A stretch of 64,000 bases of DNA, from NCBI GenBank assembly GCA_040400605.1, contig JBBAPZ010000003.1:158507-222506 (forward strand), in the 5' to 3' direction. Numbering within the stretch: the first letter of the stretch is position 1; each line of letters starts with the position of its first letter. Below, one piece after another: positions 10,207 to 20,418 of this stretch. The notes below the pieces were generated by a model, which did no database searches, was not told where the DNA came from, and was given only the letters and a program-made list of their open reading frames with translations. Source of the DNA: Candidatus Sericytochromatia bacterium (lineage in GTDB: Bacteria; Cyanobacteriota; Sericytochromatia; S15B-MN24; JAQBPE01). The translations under genes and the position numbers were made by a program.

Positions 10207-10776
10207 ATGGAGACCACGATGGGTACGACGCCATTGAATTGGCATGCATTTCTGGATATGATCAAAGGTTTGTCGAGCGAGGCGTTAACTGAGGATTGCC
10301 TGTTTGAACTTGTGCAGAGCCTTGTCATCGACTCCGGCCTCTTGGCGCCCCACATCCAGTTCAGTTCGGATGGTTATGCGCGCAACGTGCTGTTTCGCGA
10401 TGACAAACTGGAAGTCATCTGCCTGTGCTGGGAACCAGGCCAGGCGACGGCCGTTCACAGCCACGGTCGGTCATTTGGTGTCGCTTATGTTCATGAGGGC
10501 ACATTACAGGTTACTGGTTATCGACGCCTCGATCGCGGTGATGAACCCGGAAGGGCGAGCCTTCAAGCCAGTTCGGAGATACTGGCGACGGTTGGCTCCC
10601 TCACCATGGATCGCGTCGGGAGCATACATCGACTCGGGAATCCGAGTCACGCGACGCGCCGTGCCGTCTCACTCCATTTCTATGCGGGACCGCTCGACGA
10701 AATGGAAGTTTACGATTTGACGTCCGACACGTTCATTCAGCGTCCGATGCAGGCCGAACCCCTTGCATCCAGCTGA
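10207..10776 (+). CDS. Cysteine dioxygenase type I (thiol dioxygenase) family
   Basis: YARN, CWEPGQATAVHSH, IHRLGN, AVSLHFY (3-His triad and SLHxY); start ATG 10207 or 10219. Confidence 0.88.
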   Translation: METTMGTTPLNWHAFLDMIKGLSSEALTEDCLFELVQSLVIDSGLLAPHIQFSSDGYARNVLFRDDKLEVICLCWEPGQATAVHSHGRSFGVAYVHEGTLQVTGYRRLDRGDEPGRASLQASSEILATVGSLTMDRVGSIHRLGNPSHATRRAVSLHFYAGPLDEMEVYDLTSDTFIQRPMQAEPLASS

Positions 10777-10843
10777 TCGTTCCGGTATGGCCCCTGTGGG
10801 GCGTCAGACAACGACCAACACCTGCTGTCACGGACCCTGAACC

Positions 10844-11620
10844 ATGTCCTTCCCGCTCGTCTCTGGCACCTGGCAAGAACTTCACACCTTGGCTGGCCTT
10901 CACGCCGAACGTGAAGGCTTTCCCCGTTGGCAAGTCGTCCTGTGCCACGCAGGTTGGCAAGCGATCGCCTGGCATCGCCTCAGTCGTTGGCTCTACCGCA
11001 ACGGCTATCGATTCCTGGGCCGCTACCTGGCCCTATGGGGTAAACGCCTCACAGGCACCTACATTCACCCCGCGGCACAGGTGGGCCGCCTGTGTGAACT
11101 CAGTGACGGTGGCGGCATTTACATCGGCGAAAGTGCCATTGTGGGCGACAGCTGTCAAATCGGAGCCGGCGTCTTGCTGGTGGCCCACACCCGGAAACCC
11201 AACTTCGACACGCTGACTTTGCCACTCGGAACCAACCCGCTTTTGCGTGCCCACCCAGCCCTGGGCTCGCGGGTGCTCATCGAGGCAGGTGCTGTGTTAA
11301 TGGGTGACATCGTGATCGGCCACGACGCCGTTGTCGAAGCAGGAAGCCGTGTCACGCGCGATGTCCCCCATCACGGCAAGGCCCAAAACGCTCCCGCCCG
11401 AATCGGCGACGCCAGCTTTTCCCAACAGGATCCGGACGCCGCAGCACTGCTGGCCCTCGCCTCACGCGTTCACCAACTCGAAGAGCAAATCCAGATTCTC
11501 ACGTTTAAAACCCAAGCCCGACCAGGACCAGGCGATCGCCTCCAAACCAACAATCCGAACCAATACGGCCCCTTGCCCGCCATCGAACGCCTCAGCGACT
11601 ACACCGGTCTCACACCCTGA
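10844..11620 (+). CDS. Serine O-acetyltransferase (CysE)-like left-handed beta-helix protein, catalytic residues apparently substituted
   Basis: GWQAIAWHRLSRWLY, LTGTYIHPAAQVG, IGESAIVGD, HPALG, VTRDVP, C-terminal DPD...RVHQLE; canonical IDHG reads LSDG. Confidence 0.75.
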   Translation: MSFPLVSGTWQELHTLAGLHAEREGFPRWQVVLCHAGWQAIAWHRLSRWLYRNGYRFLGRYLALWGKRLTGTYIHPAAQVGRLCELSDGGGIYIGESAIVGDSCQIGAGVLLVAHTRKPNFDTLTLPLGTNPLLRAHPALGSRVLIEAGAVLMGDIVIGHDAVVEAGSRVTRDVPHHGKAQNAPARIGDASFSQQDPDAAALLALASRVHQLEEQIQILTFKTQARPGPGDRLQTNNPNQYGPLPAIERLSDYTGLTP

Positions 11621-11875
11621 ACCTTGCGCGCCGCTGACTTGACCCGCCCCACGCGCGACATCGCGCGCGCCACAAGCCCCCAGTCAAAAACGCTGACCCG
11701 TGAACCCGCCGACGCACCCGTTCGTGCAAACAAGTGCGGATAATCTGCCCAATGGCACTTCTCTGACGCCATGTCAACCCTCCTTGGATCCCACAACTGC
11801 CTCATGGACGCTATCGGATGCTGCCACCACAATATTGCGTTCTACATCAAAAATTTAACTTCAATTGATCAATGC

Positions 11876-13597
11876 TTAACGTTGATCCCCGTGAGTCGGT
11901 GTGACTGCGGTGTGACCATCGAGCGATGCCCAAAGATCCGCCAATTGCGACTCAATCCATTGGGCGCGGGTGTCATCCGACCACACCAGGCGTCTTTGAT
12001 GCAGGTTTGCCATCAGCTGTGCAGCACTTGACGCAATGGTGCGTGCGCCGGCGGGGTCCAAGATGGTGAGCCGGGTGCGGCGTTCGAACCAGTCCCGCAA
12101 GGCGTATGCCGATTCATGTCGCACGGAATAAACCAGCTCCGCCGGATAAACAGGAATGAAAGAACCACCAAAGGGCTTGGCCCAGTCTGGATTTTCGTTG
12201 AGAATGTCACGTAATTGTGCAAAGTTGGTCCCATAACGATTGGCCAGAACGCGAACCGTTTCAAGGGGCAGGGTCCGGGTCTCGCGCTCGCATTCCTGAA
12301 CGAAGGCATCGAATGGGCGGCCGCCCAATTCGCTGCCTGAAATTGGCGCCGTTTCGATACGGGAAGGCGGGGCTTTGCGATCGCCAAGAATCCGCTCAAT
12401 GGCTTGACAGGCCATTGTCCGGTACCCTGTCAGCTTCCCGCCAGCAATCACAAAAAATCCACTCAGCGGCTCAAACACAACGTGCTCCCGCGACACCTGT
12501 GACGCTCCCAAGCCTGCCTGTGACGGCGCGATGAGCGGTCGCCAACCAGCGAAACGACCAATCACATCCTGAGAGGTCAGCTGGCTGTTCAGAACCTGGT
12601 TCGCCGCATCCAGCACATAGGCTTCTTCCGCCTCGCTCACGGTGACATCCTCATCAAGATAGTGAAAATCCCCGCTGGGTCCATCGTAATCCGTATCCGT
12701 CGTGCCGATGATCGTGCGCCCGCCCCAAGGAATCACGAACATCACCCGGGGTTCACGCTCCGACGGCGAGCACGAACGCATGACGATGGCCTGTTCGGTG
12801 AGTTGACGATTCACAACCACATGGACGCCCTTGGTTGGACGCAAATGCAAAGGCGCGTCTGGCAACACCAGACGAGTAACGGCGTCCACCCAAGGACCAG
12901 CAGCGTTGATCACCTTGCGCGCACGCAACGTTTTTTCTGCACCTGCAAGATGATCCCAAACACGAACATGCAACAAGCCGCTGGCCCCCGGCCGTGTCAC
13001 CCCCAACACCTCCACATAGTTAAACGCGCTCGCATTGCAAGCCACCGCTGACTTCAAGGTCTCAATCACCAAGCGCGCATCATCCGTAATGCCATCACAA
13101 TAGGCAAATACCCCTGATAACCGCTCCGCGCGCAATGCTGGCGCTGCCGTGATGGCTGCTTGCCGATTCAACCAGCGATGAATTCCCGACCGGCCCCGCG
13201 AAGCGAAATTGGCCAGACAATCATACAAAGTGAGCCCCACATTGACGACCCAACCGCGATCATATCCGCCCCGCACAATCGGGAAAAAATAAGTCAGACG
13301 CCTGGCGACATGCGCCGCATCCTCAAACAGGCGATCGCGTTGGGCCAACGACTCAAACACCAGCCTGAACTGCCCCTGCTCCAAGTAACGCACCCCACCG
13401 TGCAACAACTTCGAACTTTTCGAACTCGCGCCTGACGCAAAGTCATTCTTTTCAAGCAGCATCACACGCAATCCGCGCATCGCGCCTTCCCACGCAATAC
13501 CTGCTCCGACAATGCCGCCACCGATGATCACCAAATCGTAATCAATTCCACAAACACCATCATCCAACTGTTTTCGCTCGAACATCACATCAGCCAT
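11876..13597 (-). CDS. glpD: FAD-dependent glycerol-3-phosphate dehydrogenase
   Basis: IIGGGIVGAGIA, DFASGASSKSSKLLHGGVRYL, DDARL, NAAGPW, GTTDT, GGKLTGYR. Confidence 0.92.
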   Translation of the reverse strand: MADVMFERKQLDDGVCGIDYDLVIIGGGIVGAGIAWEGAMRGLRVMLLEKNDFASGASSKSSKLLHGGVRYLEQGQFRLVFESLAQRDRLFEDAAHVARRLTYFFPIVRGGYDRGWVVNVGLTLYDCLANFASRGRSGIHRWLNRQAAITAAPALRAERLSGVFAYCDGITDDARLVIETLKSAVACNASAFNYVEVLGVTRPGASGLLHVRVWDHLAGAEKTLRARKVINAAGPWVDAVTRLVLPDAPLHLRPTKGVHVVVNRQLTEQAIVMRSCSPSEREPRVMFVIPWGGRTIIGTTDTDYDGPSGDFHYLDEDVTVSEAEEAYVLDAANQVLNSQLTSQDVIGRFAGWRPLIAPSQAGLGASQVSREHVVFEPLSGFFVIAGGKLTGYRTMACQAIERILGDRKAPPSRIETAPISGSELGGRPFDAFVQECERETRTLPLETVRVLANRYGTNFAQLRDILNENPDWAKPFGGSFIPVYPAELVYSVRHESAYALRDWFERRTRLTILDPAGARTIASSAAQLMANLHQRRLVWSDDTRAQWIESQLADLWASLDGHTAVTPTHGDQR

Positions 13598-14392
13598 ATC
13601 CCTATGTTACCTGATGAAGGTCCCTTCGCACCCCTCTCGGTAAAGCAAAAACCAGGAATCAACAACCGTTCCCCAAACCGCTTGAGCGTTTCCAAAAGCA
13701 CGGGATCGCTTAAGACAAGAAATCCGCTCAATCAAGTCACTGCCTTATCAATCGCAAGCAGTTGCGCCAGGAAACCATCAGTTTCGGTTGTCAGACGAAG
13801 TACACGCAAACACACATCAAATGCGCGTCTCAAACGCTTCCCGCCTTGATCGCACATCACACTGGCGTCTCAACGTGAGGCGCAACCATTCCGCTTAAAA
13901 CAAGCCAGTCGTTCCACCCATGATCGATCGAGATCATCTCAGCCATGATCTCGATCGATGACACCAGATGACTCGTTACATCGCTTAACATTTTGACACT
14001 GACTCGACTCAGGCGTTCCGTGATAGAGGTGCGTAAAATCACATCCTGGTGCGTATCAGCCTCAAATGCACCGACGGGTCAACCACTCCCGTTTGATGTC
14101 AAGTCTTGACCGCGTGCGACATAACACGCTTGATCGGTCTTTCGACACAATGTTAACTTCAACAAGGCAACGTTTGGATTGGGGTGGCCCACGCAGTCGG
14201 CGCCAGTCACATCAAGGATGATGGACACTCGCGATTGTTCGGACGCAAGTTCAAAACCGATCGCGACTAAAAAAAATCAATCCGGTTTACGGTGCTTGGC
14301 AAAACGTTTTGAAACAGGGCCACCCGCCTGGTGGGTCTGAATCAAGACACGGTTGGGACTCAGGAACCCAGGTCTTTAAAAAACGTATAGAC

Positions 14393-14424
14393 AAAAAAAA
14401 GCGGCCGCCAGGCTGACGGCCACC
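14393..14424 (-). terminator. Rho-independent terminator
   Basis: Minus strand GGTGGCCGTCA-GCC-TGGCGGCCGC followed by TTTTTTTT. Confidence 0.75.
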
Positions 14425-14437
14425 TCTCAATAGGTCA
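14393..14437 (-). ncRNA. Predicted ~45-nt small RNA counter-transcribed to the downstream HTH gene
   Basis: Lies between a near-consensus minus-strand promoter (14444-14472) and a GC stem-loop plus T8 terminator (14393-14424); no ORF inside. Confidence 0.45.
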
Positions 14438-14443
14438 ATTTTG

Positions 14444-14472
14444 AGTGTAGCACGCCTGGCAACCGCTGACAA
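14444..14472 (-). promoter_or_regulatory. sigma70-type promoter
   Basis: Minus strand TTGTCA (14472-14467), 17 nt spacer, TACACT (14449-14444), with extended -10 TG. Confidence 0.6.
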
Positions 14473-14508
14473 GGGGTTGCGTTCATTTTTTGAAGCAGCC
14501 CGTAGAAA

Positions 14509-15252
14509 GTGCTGCTTATGTTCTCACTGTTTGATGCGCTGTCTGAAGCGCGTAATTTGGGTTGGAATCTCTCGACGATGTTGGTTAAAGCATATGTAGA
14601 TGAACGGGGTATGCATCCAGTGGGATTGATTGCGGATGCGTGCGCGTTGTCTGTTCGAACGGTTGAACGGGCATTGGCAGTGTTGAAACAGGCGTCGTTG
14701 TCAGAAAAATCGGTTTTGACAACTTTGTCGCATGAACATGACAAACATAACAAAATTAATAAAAGCACCACGACAGAGATGGCGTGCGCGACACATCCTG
14801 ACAAGGCAGGTTTGTCGGCTACTTGGGCAACGGACCCATTGGCTGAGCGCTTGCTTGCGTGTGAGGTGTTGCCGTGGTGTGTGGAAATCATTATGACGCG
14901 GGTGCAACGGGAGGTGATTGAGCGTCAGCTTGATGCGCACGCATGGCGTTTGAAAACCGGTTATCCTTTTAAGTCGCATCCGGCGCGTTTTTTATTTCGC
15001 GCGTGTTTGAACGATTATGCGTTGCCCGATGTTCGTACCGCGGTTGCCAGCGAGCCTCAAGCGCGCGCCTTACCTGAACCAGCGCCTGCGATTGGTGCGA
15101 CGATGACGCGGGAGGGTGCCTTGAATGTCATTCGGATGGGGTTGCGTTCGCGCTTGCCCGTGATGCGTGAAGAAGCGTTGCGGCTTGCGCGGTCGTGGGA
15201 CATTGATGTGTCACTGTTGCGCGGTGCGGCGTTGACGGGTGCGCTGGCTTAG
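14509..15252 (+). CDS. HTH protein with replication-initiator-like architecture
   Basis: HTH LIADACALSVRTVERALAVLKQA; polar linker HNKINKSTTT; C-terminal helical domain ...IERQLDAHAW...SHPARFLFRACLNDY resembling DnaD/Rep-type C-termini. Confidence 0.55.
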   Translation: MLLMFSLFDALSEARNLGWNLSTMLVKAYVDERGMHPVGLIADACALSVRTVERALAVLKQASLSEKSVLTTLSHEHDKHNKINKSTTTEMACATHPDKAGLSATWATDPLAERLLACEVLPWCVEIIMTRVQREVIERQLDAHAWRLKTGYPFKSHPARFLFRACLNDYALPDVRTAVASEPQARALPEPAPAIGATMTREGALNVIRMGLRSRLPVMREEALRLARSWDIDVSLLRGAALTGALA

Positions 15253-15477
15253 ACTCATATCGCCGGGTGATTTGGCCGTAACCACGGTGTTTGAACCGGC
15301 AGCGAGTGTCCGTCCCTGAACTGCTCGCAGTGCTTTGATAGCCTTGAGCATGCGGCAACGCGTGGTTTGGTGATTGGCTGTTGGGCTGGCGCCGGGTCTC
15401 GGCACGCGTTTTCCTGATGTTTTGCAGCCAATGCAAACCTTTTGAACGGAAACCGATGCGTCACCGGATAACGCTTG

Positions 15478-16155
15478 TCACGTGGTAGGGCTGTTGGTCT
15501 GCTTGGATTGCGTGCACAGATGGGGGGATTGTCGTTGCAGGGCGGCTGGGGCGAGTTGGATTAGGCGATCGACGACATCGTCAAGCACGTGGTTGTGGTC
15601 GGTGATGTGATTGAGGCTTGTCATGACCGTGGCGTCTAGCCCACAGGGGTTAAGCATGCGAAAGGCTTGCAAGTCTGTTGAGACGTTGAGCGCGAGACCG
15701 TGATACGTGACCCAGTGGCTGACCGCGATGCCCACCGAAGCGATTTTGGATGAACCAACCCACACGCCGGTCAGTTGGGGGTGCCGGTGCGCGGTAATCG
15801 CATAGGTGTCAAGCAACGTGATGAGCCAGCCTTCCAGGCGTCGCAGATACGCATGCAGGTCCCGTTCGTGCGTTTGGAGGCGCAAGAGTGGGTAAGCCAC
15901 AATTTGTCCGGGACCGTGGTAGGTTGCATCGCCGCCGCGTTCGATAGCCTGAACGGGTACGTTGCATGACCCATGGACATTCGTATTGGCGTTTTTCTTA
16001 CGGCCCAGGGTGATGATGGGATCGTGTTCAACGACCAGTAGGGTATCGGGGGCGAGGCCATCTCTGATGGCGATTAACAAATCGCGTTGGCGTTGCCAGG
16101 TGACGCCATGGGGTTCGCGGCCGAGCCATTGGATGTCAAGTGGTGCGGTAGGCAA
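15478..16155 (-). CDS. lipB: Lipoyl(octanoyl) transferase
   Basis: LLVVEHDPIITLGR, ERGGDATYHGPGQIVAYP, KIASVG, HGLALNV, PCG; TTG start at 16155 after GGAGG (ATG 16200 is an alternative). Confidence 0.93.
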   Translation of the reverse strand: MPTAPLDIQWLGREPHGVTWQRQRDLLIAIRDGLAPDTLLVVEHDPIITLGRKKNANTNVHGSCNVPVQAIERGGDATYHGPGQIVAYPLLRLQTHERDLHAYLRRLEGWLITLLDTYAITAHRHPQLTGVWVGSSKIASVGIAVSHWVTYHGLALNVSTDLQAFRMLNPCGLDATVMTSLNHITDHNHVLDDVVDRLIQLAPAALQRQSPHLCTQSKQTNSPTT

Positions 16156-16303
16156 ATGGGGCTTCCTCCGGGAAGTGTAACGGATAGCAGATTTTAGCAT
16201 TCCTGGCTGACTGATTTGCCAATCCTGATGGAACGGGGGTACGATGAAAGCTGATTCCGTTGGGCTCATCGATAGATGAGTGTCGTAGGTGGGGAGCTGA
16301 TTT

Positions 16304-19117
16304 GTGAACGCTGACACCAGTTCTTTGTATGCGGGCAACGCGGCCTTTGTTGAGGCCTTGTATGAGACGTATTTGTTGGATCCCCAAGCCGTAGATGGCG
16401 TTTGGCGGCAATATTTCGATACCTTGCGTGCGGGTCAGTCTGGGCCGGAAGTGCCGCATGCGCCGATCCAGGCTGCATTCGTGGCCCAAGGCCGTGCGGT
16501 GGGTGTACGGCGGGACGGGGGGGGGGCACGTCCAAACTTTGGTTCGTTATTCGACGCTTACCGTAGCGATGGTCATCAGGTGGCGCGAATCAGCCCGTTG
16601 TCGTTGCGGCAGGCGGTTGCGGTGCCGGAGTTGGAGTTGGGGCATCATGGCTTGAGTGAGCGTGACTTGGTGCAGGCCGTTGACGATTCGCGCAGTCGGG
16701 ATTTGGGGACAACCGCGAAGGAGGCAGTGGCGAATGCGCGGCGCATTTATTGTGACAGTGTTGGTTACGAATACATGCATTTGCCGCGCGTCGAGCGCGA
16801 GTGGTTGCGCGAGCGGATTGAGCGGTCGGGCGGGCGGGCGGTGTTGACGTCTGGACAGCAACGGCGGATTTATGAAAAGTTGGTGGCGGCGGAGGGGTTG
16901 GAGCGTTATCTGCATCAGCGTTATGTGGGGCAAAAGCGCTTTTCGCTGGAGGGTGGCGACACCTTGATTCCTGTTTTGGATCACCTGTTCGATCGTGCCG
17001 GGGTGCAGGGCGTTCAAGAGATTGTGATGGGGATGGCTCATCGGGGTCGCCTCAATGTGTTGATCAATGTCATGGGCAAGCCGAGCGGCGAATTGTTTGA
17101 GGAGTTTGAAGGCAGGAAGGTTTATCCGGAGGAGTTGGCCGGGGATGTCAAATACCACTTGGGCTTTTCATCCGATGTTGAGACTGCCGGTGGGCCCGTT
17201 CATCTGTCGTTGGGTTTTAATCCGTCGCATTTGGAGCTGATCAATCCTGTCGTCGAGGGGTCTGTGCGCGCGCGTCAGGACAGGCGGGAGGATACGCAAC
17301 GCGTGAAGGTGCTTCCTGTGCTGATTCATGGTGATGCGGCGGTAATTGGTCAAGGCGTCGTGACTGAGACCTTGAATCTGTCGCAGTTGCGTGGCTATGC
17401 CACCGGCGGTTCGATTCATATCGTTATCAACAATCAGGTGGGTTTCAGTATCAGTGATCCGCAAGATGCCCGTTCGAGTCGGTATTGTACGGACGTGGCC
17501 AAGATGGTTGAAGCGCCTGTTTTTCATGTGAACGGGGATGATCCGGAGGCAGCCATTTTTGTGACTGAGTTGGCTTTGGCGTATCGCCAGACTTTTCACA
17601 AGGATGTATTCGTGGATCTGGTGTGTTTCAGACGCCATGGCCACAATGAGTCGGATGAACCGCGTGCCACACAGCCTGGCATGTATCGTCAAATTGATGC
17701 CCACCCGGGGGTTTGCGCGCGCTATGGTGGGCAACTGCAGGCACTCGGGGTGCTGACGCCTGCGGATGTTGCTGCGATTGCCAGCGCTTACCGTGATGCA
17801 TTGGATGCGGGTAAGGTGGTTGCTGCTGCGAAAGAGACTGTGGGGCGAATGAACAGAGGGGTGGACTGGGAGCCGTTTTTGAGCCTTGATTGGCGTCCCC
17901 CGGCTCACAGTGCCGTATCTGTTGCACGTCTGCAGGATTTGGGCCGTGCGCTGACCAGCTTGCCCGATGATTTGGTTCTGCATCCCCGTGTGGCGAGTGT
18001 CATCAAGGCACGGCGGGAGATGGTTGCGGGTGGTGCGTCTATTGATTGGGGTTTTGCTGAGAATTTGGCTTATGCTTCTTTGTTGACTACTGGTTTCCCG
18101 GTTCGTATCAGCGGGCAAGACAGTGGCCGGGGTACATTTTTTCATCGGCACGCGGTGTTGCATGACCAACGGGAGAATGATTTGCCTGAGGGGCGTTGTT
18201 ATGTACCATTGAGGCACTTGGCTGAAGGGCAGGCGCGTTTTGAGGTGATTGATTCGGCGTTGTCGGAAGAAGCGGTATTGGGTTTTGAGTATGGATATAC
18301 CAGCAACGAACCGAATGCCTTGGTGATTTGGGAAGCGCAGTATGGGGACTTCGCCAATGGTGCGCAGGCGGTGATCGATCAATTCATCAGTGCGGGCGAA
18401 TCGAAATGGCGTCGCTTGTCGGCGCTTGTCATGATGTTGCCTCACGGTTATGAGGGGCAGGGGCCCGAACACTCATCAGCGCGCCTTGAGCGTTTCTTGC
18501 AGTTGTGTGCGGAGCAGAACATGCAGGTGTGTGTTCCGAGCACACCGGCACAAATGTTTCATCTGTTGCGGCGTCAATTGTTGCGTCCGGCGCGGAAACC
18601 GTTGGTTGTCATGAGCCCGAAGAGCATGCTGCGGCATCGACTGTCGGTGTCGACGTTGGAGGAGTTGGCGTCAGGGGGATTTGATGAATTGATCCCCGAG
18701 TCTCGGGCAATCGAGGGTATGACGCGTGTCGTTTTGTGCAGTGGGAAACTTTATTACGACTTGTATGAAGCGCGCGACAAGCATGGTTTGGCCAATGTCG
18801 CATTGGTGAGATTGGAGCAGTTGTATCCTTTCCCGTCGGGCGCTTTGACCCGGGAGCTTGCGCGTTTTCCAAAGGCGGAGGTGGTTTGGGCGCAGGAAGA
18901 GCCCCATAATCAGGGGGCCTGGCTGTCAATCCAGGAGGATCTGCGGGCCTGCCTGGGTGCGGGACAAACCTTGTTGCCTGCGACGCGTCCACGTGCTGCG
19001 TCGCCCGCCGTTGGTTATGCCAGCAAGCATGCGGTGCAGCAGCAAGCGTTGATTCAGGGCGCGTTGGGATTGGTGCCTGTTCTGGCTGCCACTGCAGTGT
19101 CTGCGGCGGCGACTTGA
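16304..19117 (+). CDS. sucA: 2-oxoglutarate dehydrogenase E1
   Basis: [63 protein letters not shown]. Confidence 0.97.
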   Translation: MNADTSSLYAGNAAFVEALYETYLLDPQAVDGVWRQYFDTLRAGQSGPEVPHAPIQAAFVAQGRAVGVRRDGGGARPNFGSLFDAYRSDGHQVARISPLSLRQAVAVPELELGHHGLSERDLVQAVDDSRSRDLGTTAKEAVANARRIYCDSVGYEYMHLPRVEREWLRERIERSGGRAVLTSGQQRRIYEKLVAAEGLERYLHQRYVGQKRFSLEGGDTLIPVLDHLFDRAGVQGVQEIVMGMAHRGRLNVLINVMGKPSGELFEEFEGRKVYPEELAGDVKYHLGFSSDVETAGGPVHLSLGFNPSHLELINPVVEGSVRARQDRREDTQRVKVLPVLIHGDAAVIGQGVVTETLNLSQLRGYATGGSIHIVINNQVGFSISDPQDARSSRYCTDVAKMVEAPVFHVNGDDPEAAIFVTELALAYRQTFHKDVFVDLVCFRRHGHNESDEPRATQPGMYRQIDAHPGVCARYGGQLQALGVLTPADVAAIASAYRDALDAGKVVAAAKETVGRMNRGVDWEPFLSLDWRPPAHSAVSVARLQDLGRALTSLPDDLVLHPRVASVIKARREMVAGGASIDWGFAENLAYASLLTTGFPVRISGQDSGRGTFFHRHAVLHDQRENDLPEGRCYVPLRHLAEGQARFEVIDSALSEEAVLGFEYGYTSNEPNALVIWEAQYGDFANGAQAVIDQFISAGESKWRRLSALVMMLPHGYEGQGPEHSSARLERFLQLCAEQNMQVCVPSTPAQMFHLLRRQLLRPARKPLVVMSPKSMLRHRLSVSTLEELASGGFDELIPESRAIEGMTRVVLCSGKLYYDLYEARDKHGLANVALVRLEQLYPFPSGALTRELARFPKAEVVWAQEEPHNQGAWLSIQEDLRACLGAGQTLLPATRPRAASPAVGYASKHAVQQQALIQGALGLVPVLAATAVSAAAT

Positions 19118-19154
19118 ACCGGGTTTAGGATGCGGCATTTACGTAGGAGTGGCC

Positions 19155-20333
19155 ATGATCGTTGAAGTCAAGGTTCCCGTTTTTTCGGAGTCAGTCAGTG
19201 AAGGCACCTTGCTTGCCTGGGCCAAGCCATTGGGTGCGCGTGTCGAACGGGGTGACAAGCTGATTGATATTGAAACCGATAAGGTGGTGCTAGAAGTTTT
19301 TGCCCCGCAGTCCGGTGTTTTGACGGCGTTGATGAAACAGGAAGGGGATGTGGTCACGGCGGAAGAGGTTTTGGCCGCGATCGATACGGCGGCTGCGGCC
19401 GAACCGGTGGTTGCCGCGGCGGTTGGTCAAACCGAGGCATCGGCGACGGAGGCCTCAGCTGGTGTTTTGGAACGGTCGGGTCCGGCGGTGCGTAAGTTGC
19501 AGGCGCAGACGGGAGTCAATCTGGAGCAGGTGCCGGCGACCGGCAAGGATGGTCGGGCAACCAAAGGGGATGTTTTGGCACATCTGAATACGCCGGCGCC
19601 GGTTGAAGCGGTGGCACCGGTTGTATCGGGTGTTCGCCCGTCCAAGCGCGTTCCGATGACCCGTATTCGTGCGCGGATTGCGGAGCGTTTGAAGGAAGCA
19701 CAGAACACGGCGGCATTGTTGACGACCTACAATGAAGTTAACATGCGGTCAGTGATGGCGTTGCGCAAGCAGTATCAGGATGCGTTCACCAAAAAGCACG
19801 GCATCAAGCTCGGGTTTATGAGCTTTTTTGTCAAGGCTGCGGTCGAGGCGTTGAAGCAGTATCCCGTATTGAATGCGTCGGTGGATGGCAAAGACATCAT
19901 TTACCACGGTTTTTATGATATCGGGATTGCAGTGGCGAGTGAGCGCGGGTTGGTGGTGCCGATTGTGCGGGATGCGGATCAGCTATCCCTTGCGCAAATC
20001 GAGAAGGCGATCGCCGGTTATGCTGCCAAGGCCCGGGACAACAAGCTGACCTTGGATGACATGGCGGGCGGAACTTTCTCCATCACCAATGGTGGAACAT
20101 TCGGCTCGATGCTTTCCACCCCCATCTTGAACCAGCCGCAAAGCGCGATTCTTGGCATGCACAACATCGTGGAGCGCCCTATCGTTGAAAATGGTCAGAT
20201 TGTGGCGGCACCTGTGATGTATTTGGCGCTTTCTTATGATCACCGCATCATTGATGGTCGAGAAGCGGTGCTGTTTTTGGTCAGCATTAAAAATGCTTTG
20301 GAGGATCCGGCGCGGATGCTTTTGGATATCTGA
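19155..20333 (+). CDS. sucB: Dihydrolipoamide succinyltransferase (E2)
   Basis: Lipoyl motif IETDKV, E3-binding [31 protein letters not shown]. Confidence 0.96.
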   Translation: MIVEVKVPVFSESVSEGTLLAWAKPLGARVERGDKLIDIETDKVVLEVFAPQSGVLTALMKQEGDVVTAEEVLAAIDTAAAAEPVVAAAVGQTEASATEASAGVLERSGPAVRKLQAQTGVNLEQVPATGKDGRATKGDVLAHLNTPAPVEAVAPVVSGVRPSKRVPMTRIRARIAERLKEAQNTAALLTTYNEVNMRSVMALRKQYQDAFTKKHGIKLGFMSFFVKAAVEALKQYPVLNASVDGKDIIYHGFYDIGIAVASERGLVVPIVRDADQLSLAQIEKAIAGYAAKARDNKLTLDDMAGGTFSITNGGTFGSMLSTPILNQPQSAILGMHNIVERPIVENGQIVAAPVMYLALSYDHRIIDGREAVLFLVSIKNALEDPARMLLDI

Positions 20334-20418
20334 CCCAGATTGGCTTTCGGGTAGCCGGCAACCGGCTGCCCATTCCGCTTGAACTTGATGAATGGGCCCG
20401 TGATGACATTCGCGAGTC

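Noticed and set aside
13604..14390. Short ORFs upstream of glpD (13604-13849, 13857-14042)
   Set aside because: No RBS or recognisable motif; treated as intergenic
17168..18472. 434-aa minus-strand ORF, and similar long antisense ORFs (42194-43072, 60151-61077, 61099-61944, 3978-4721)
   Set aside because: Shadow frames opposite well-supported genes, with no protein motifs
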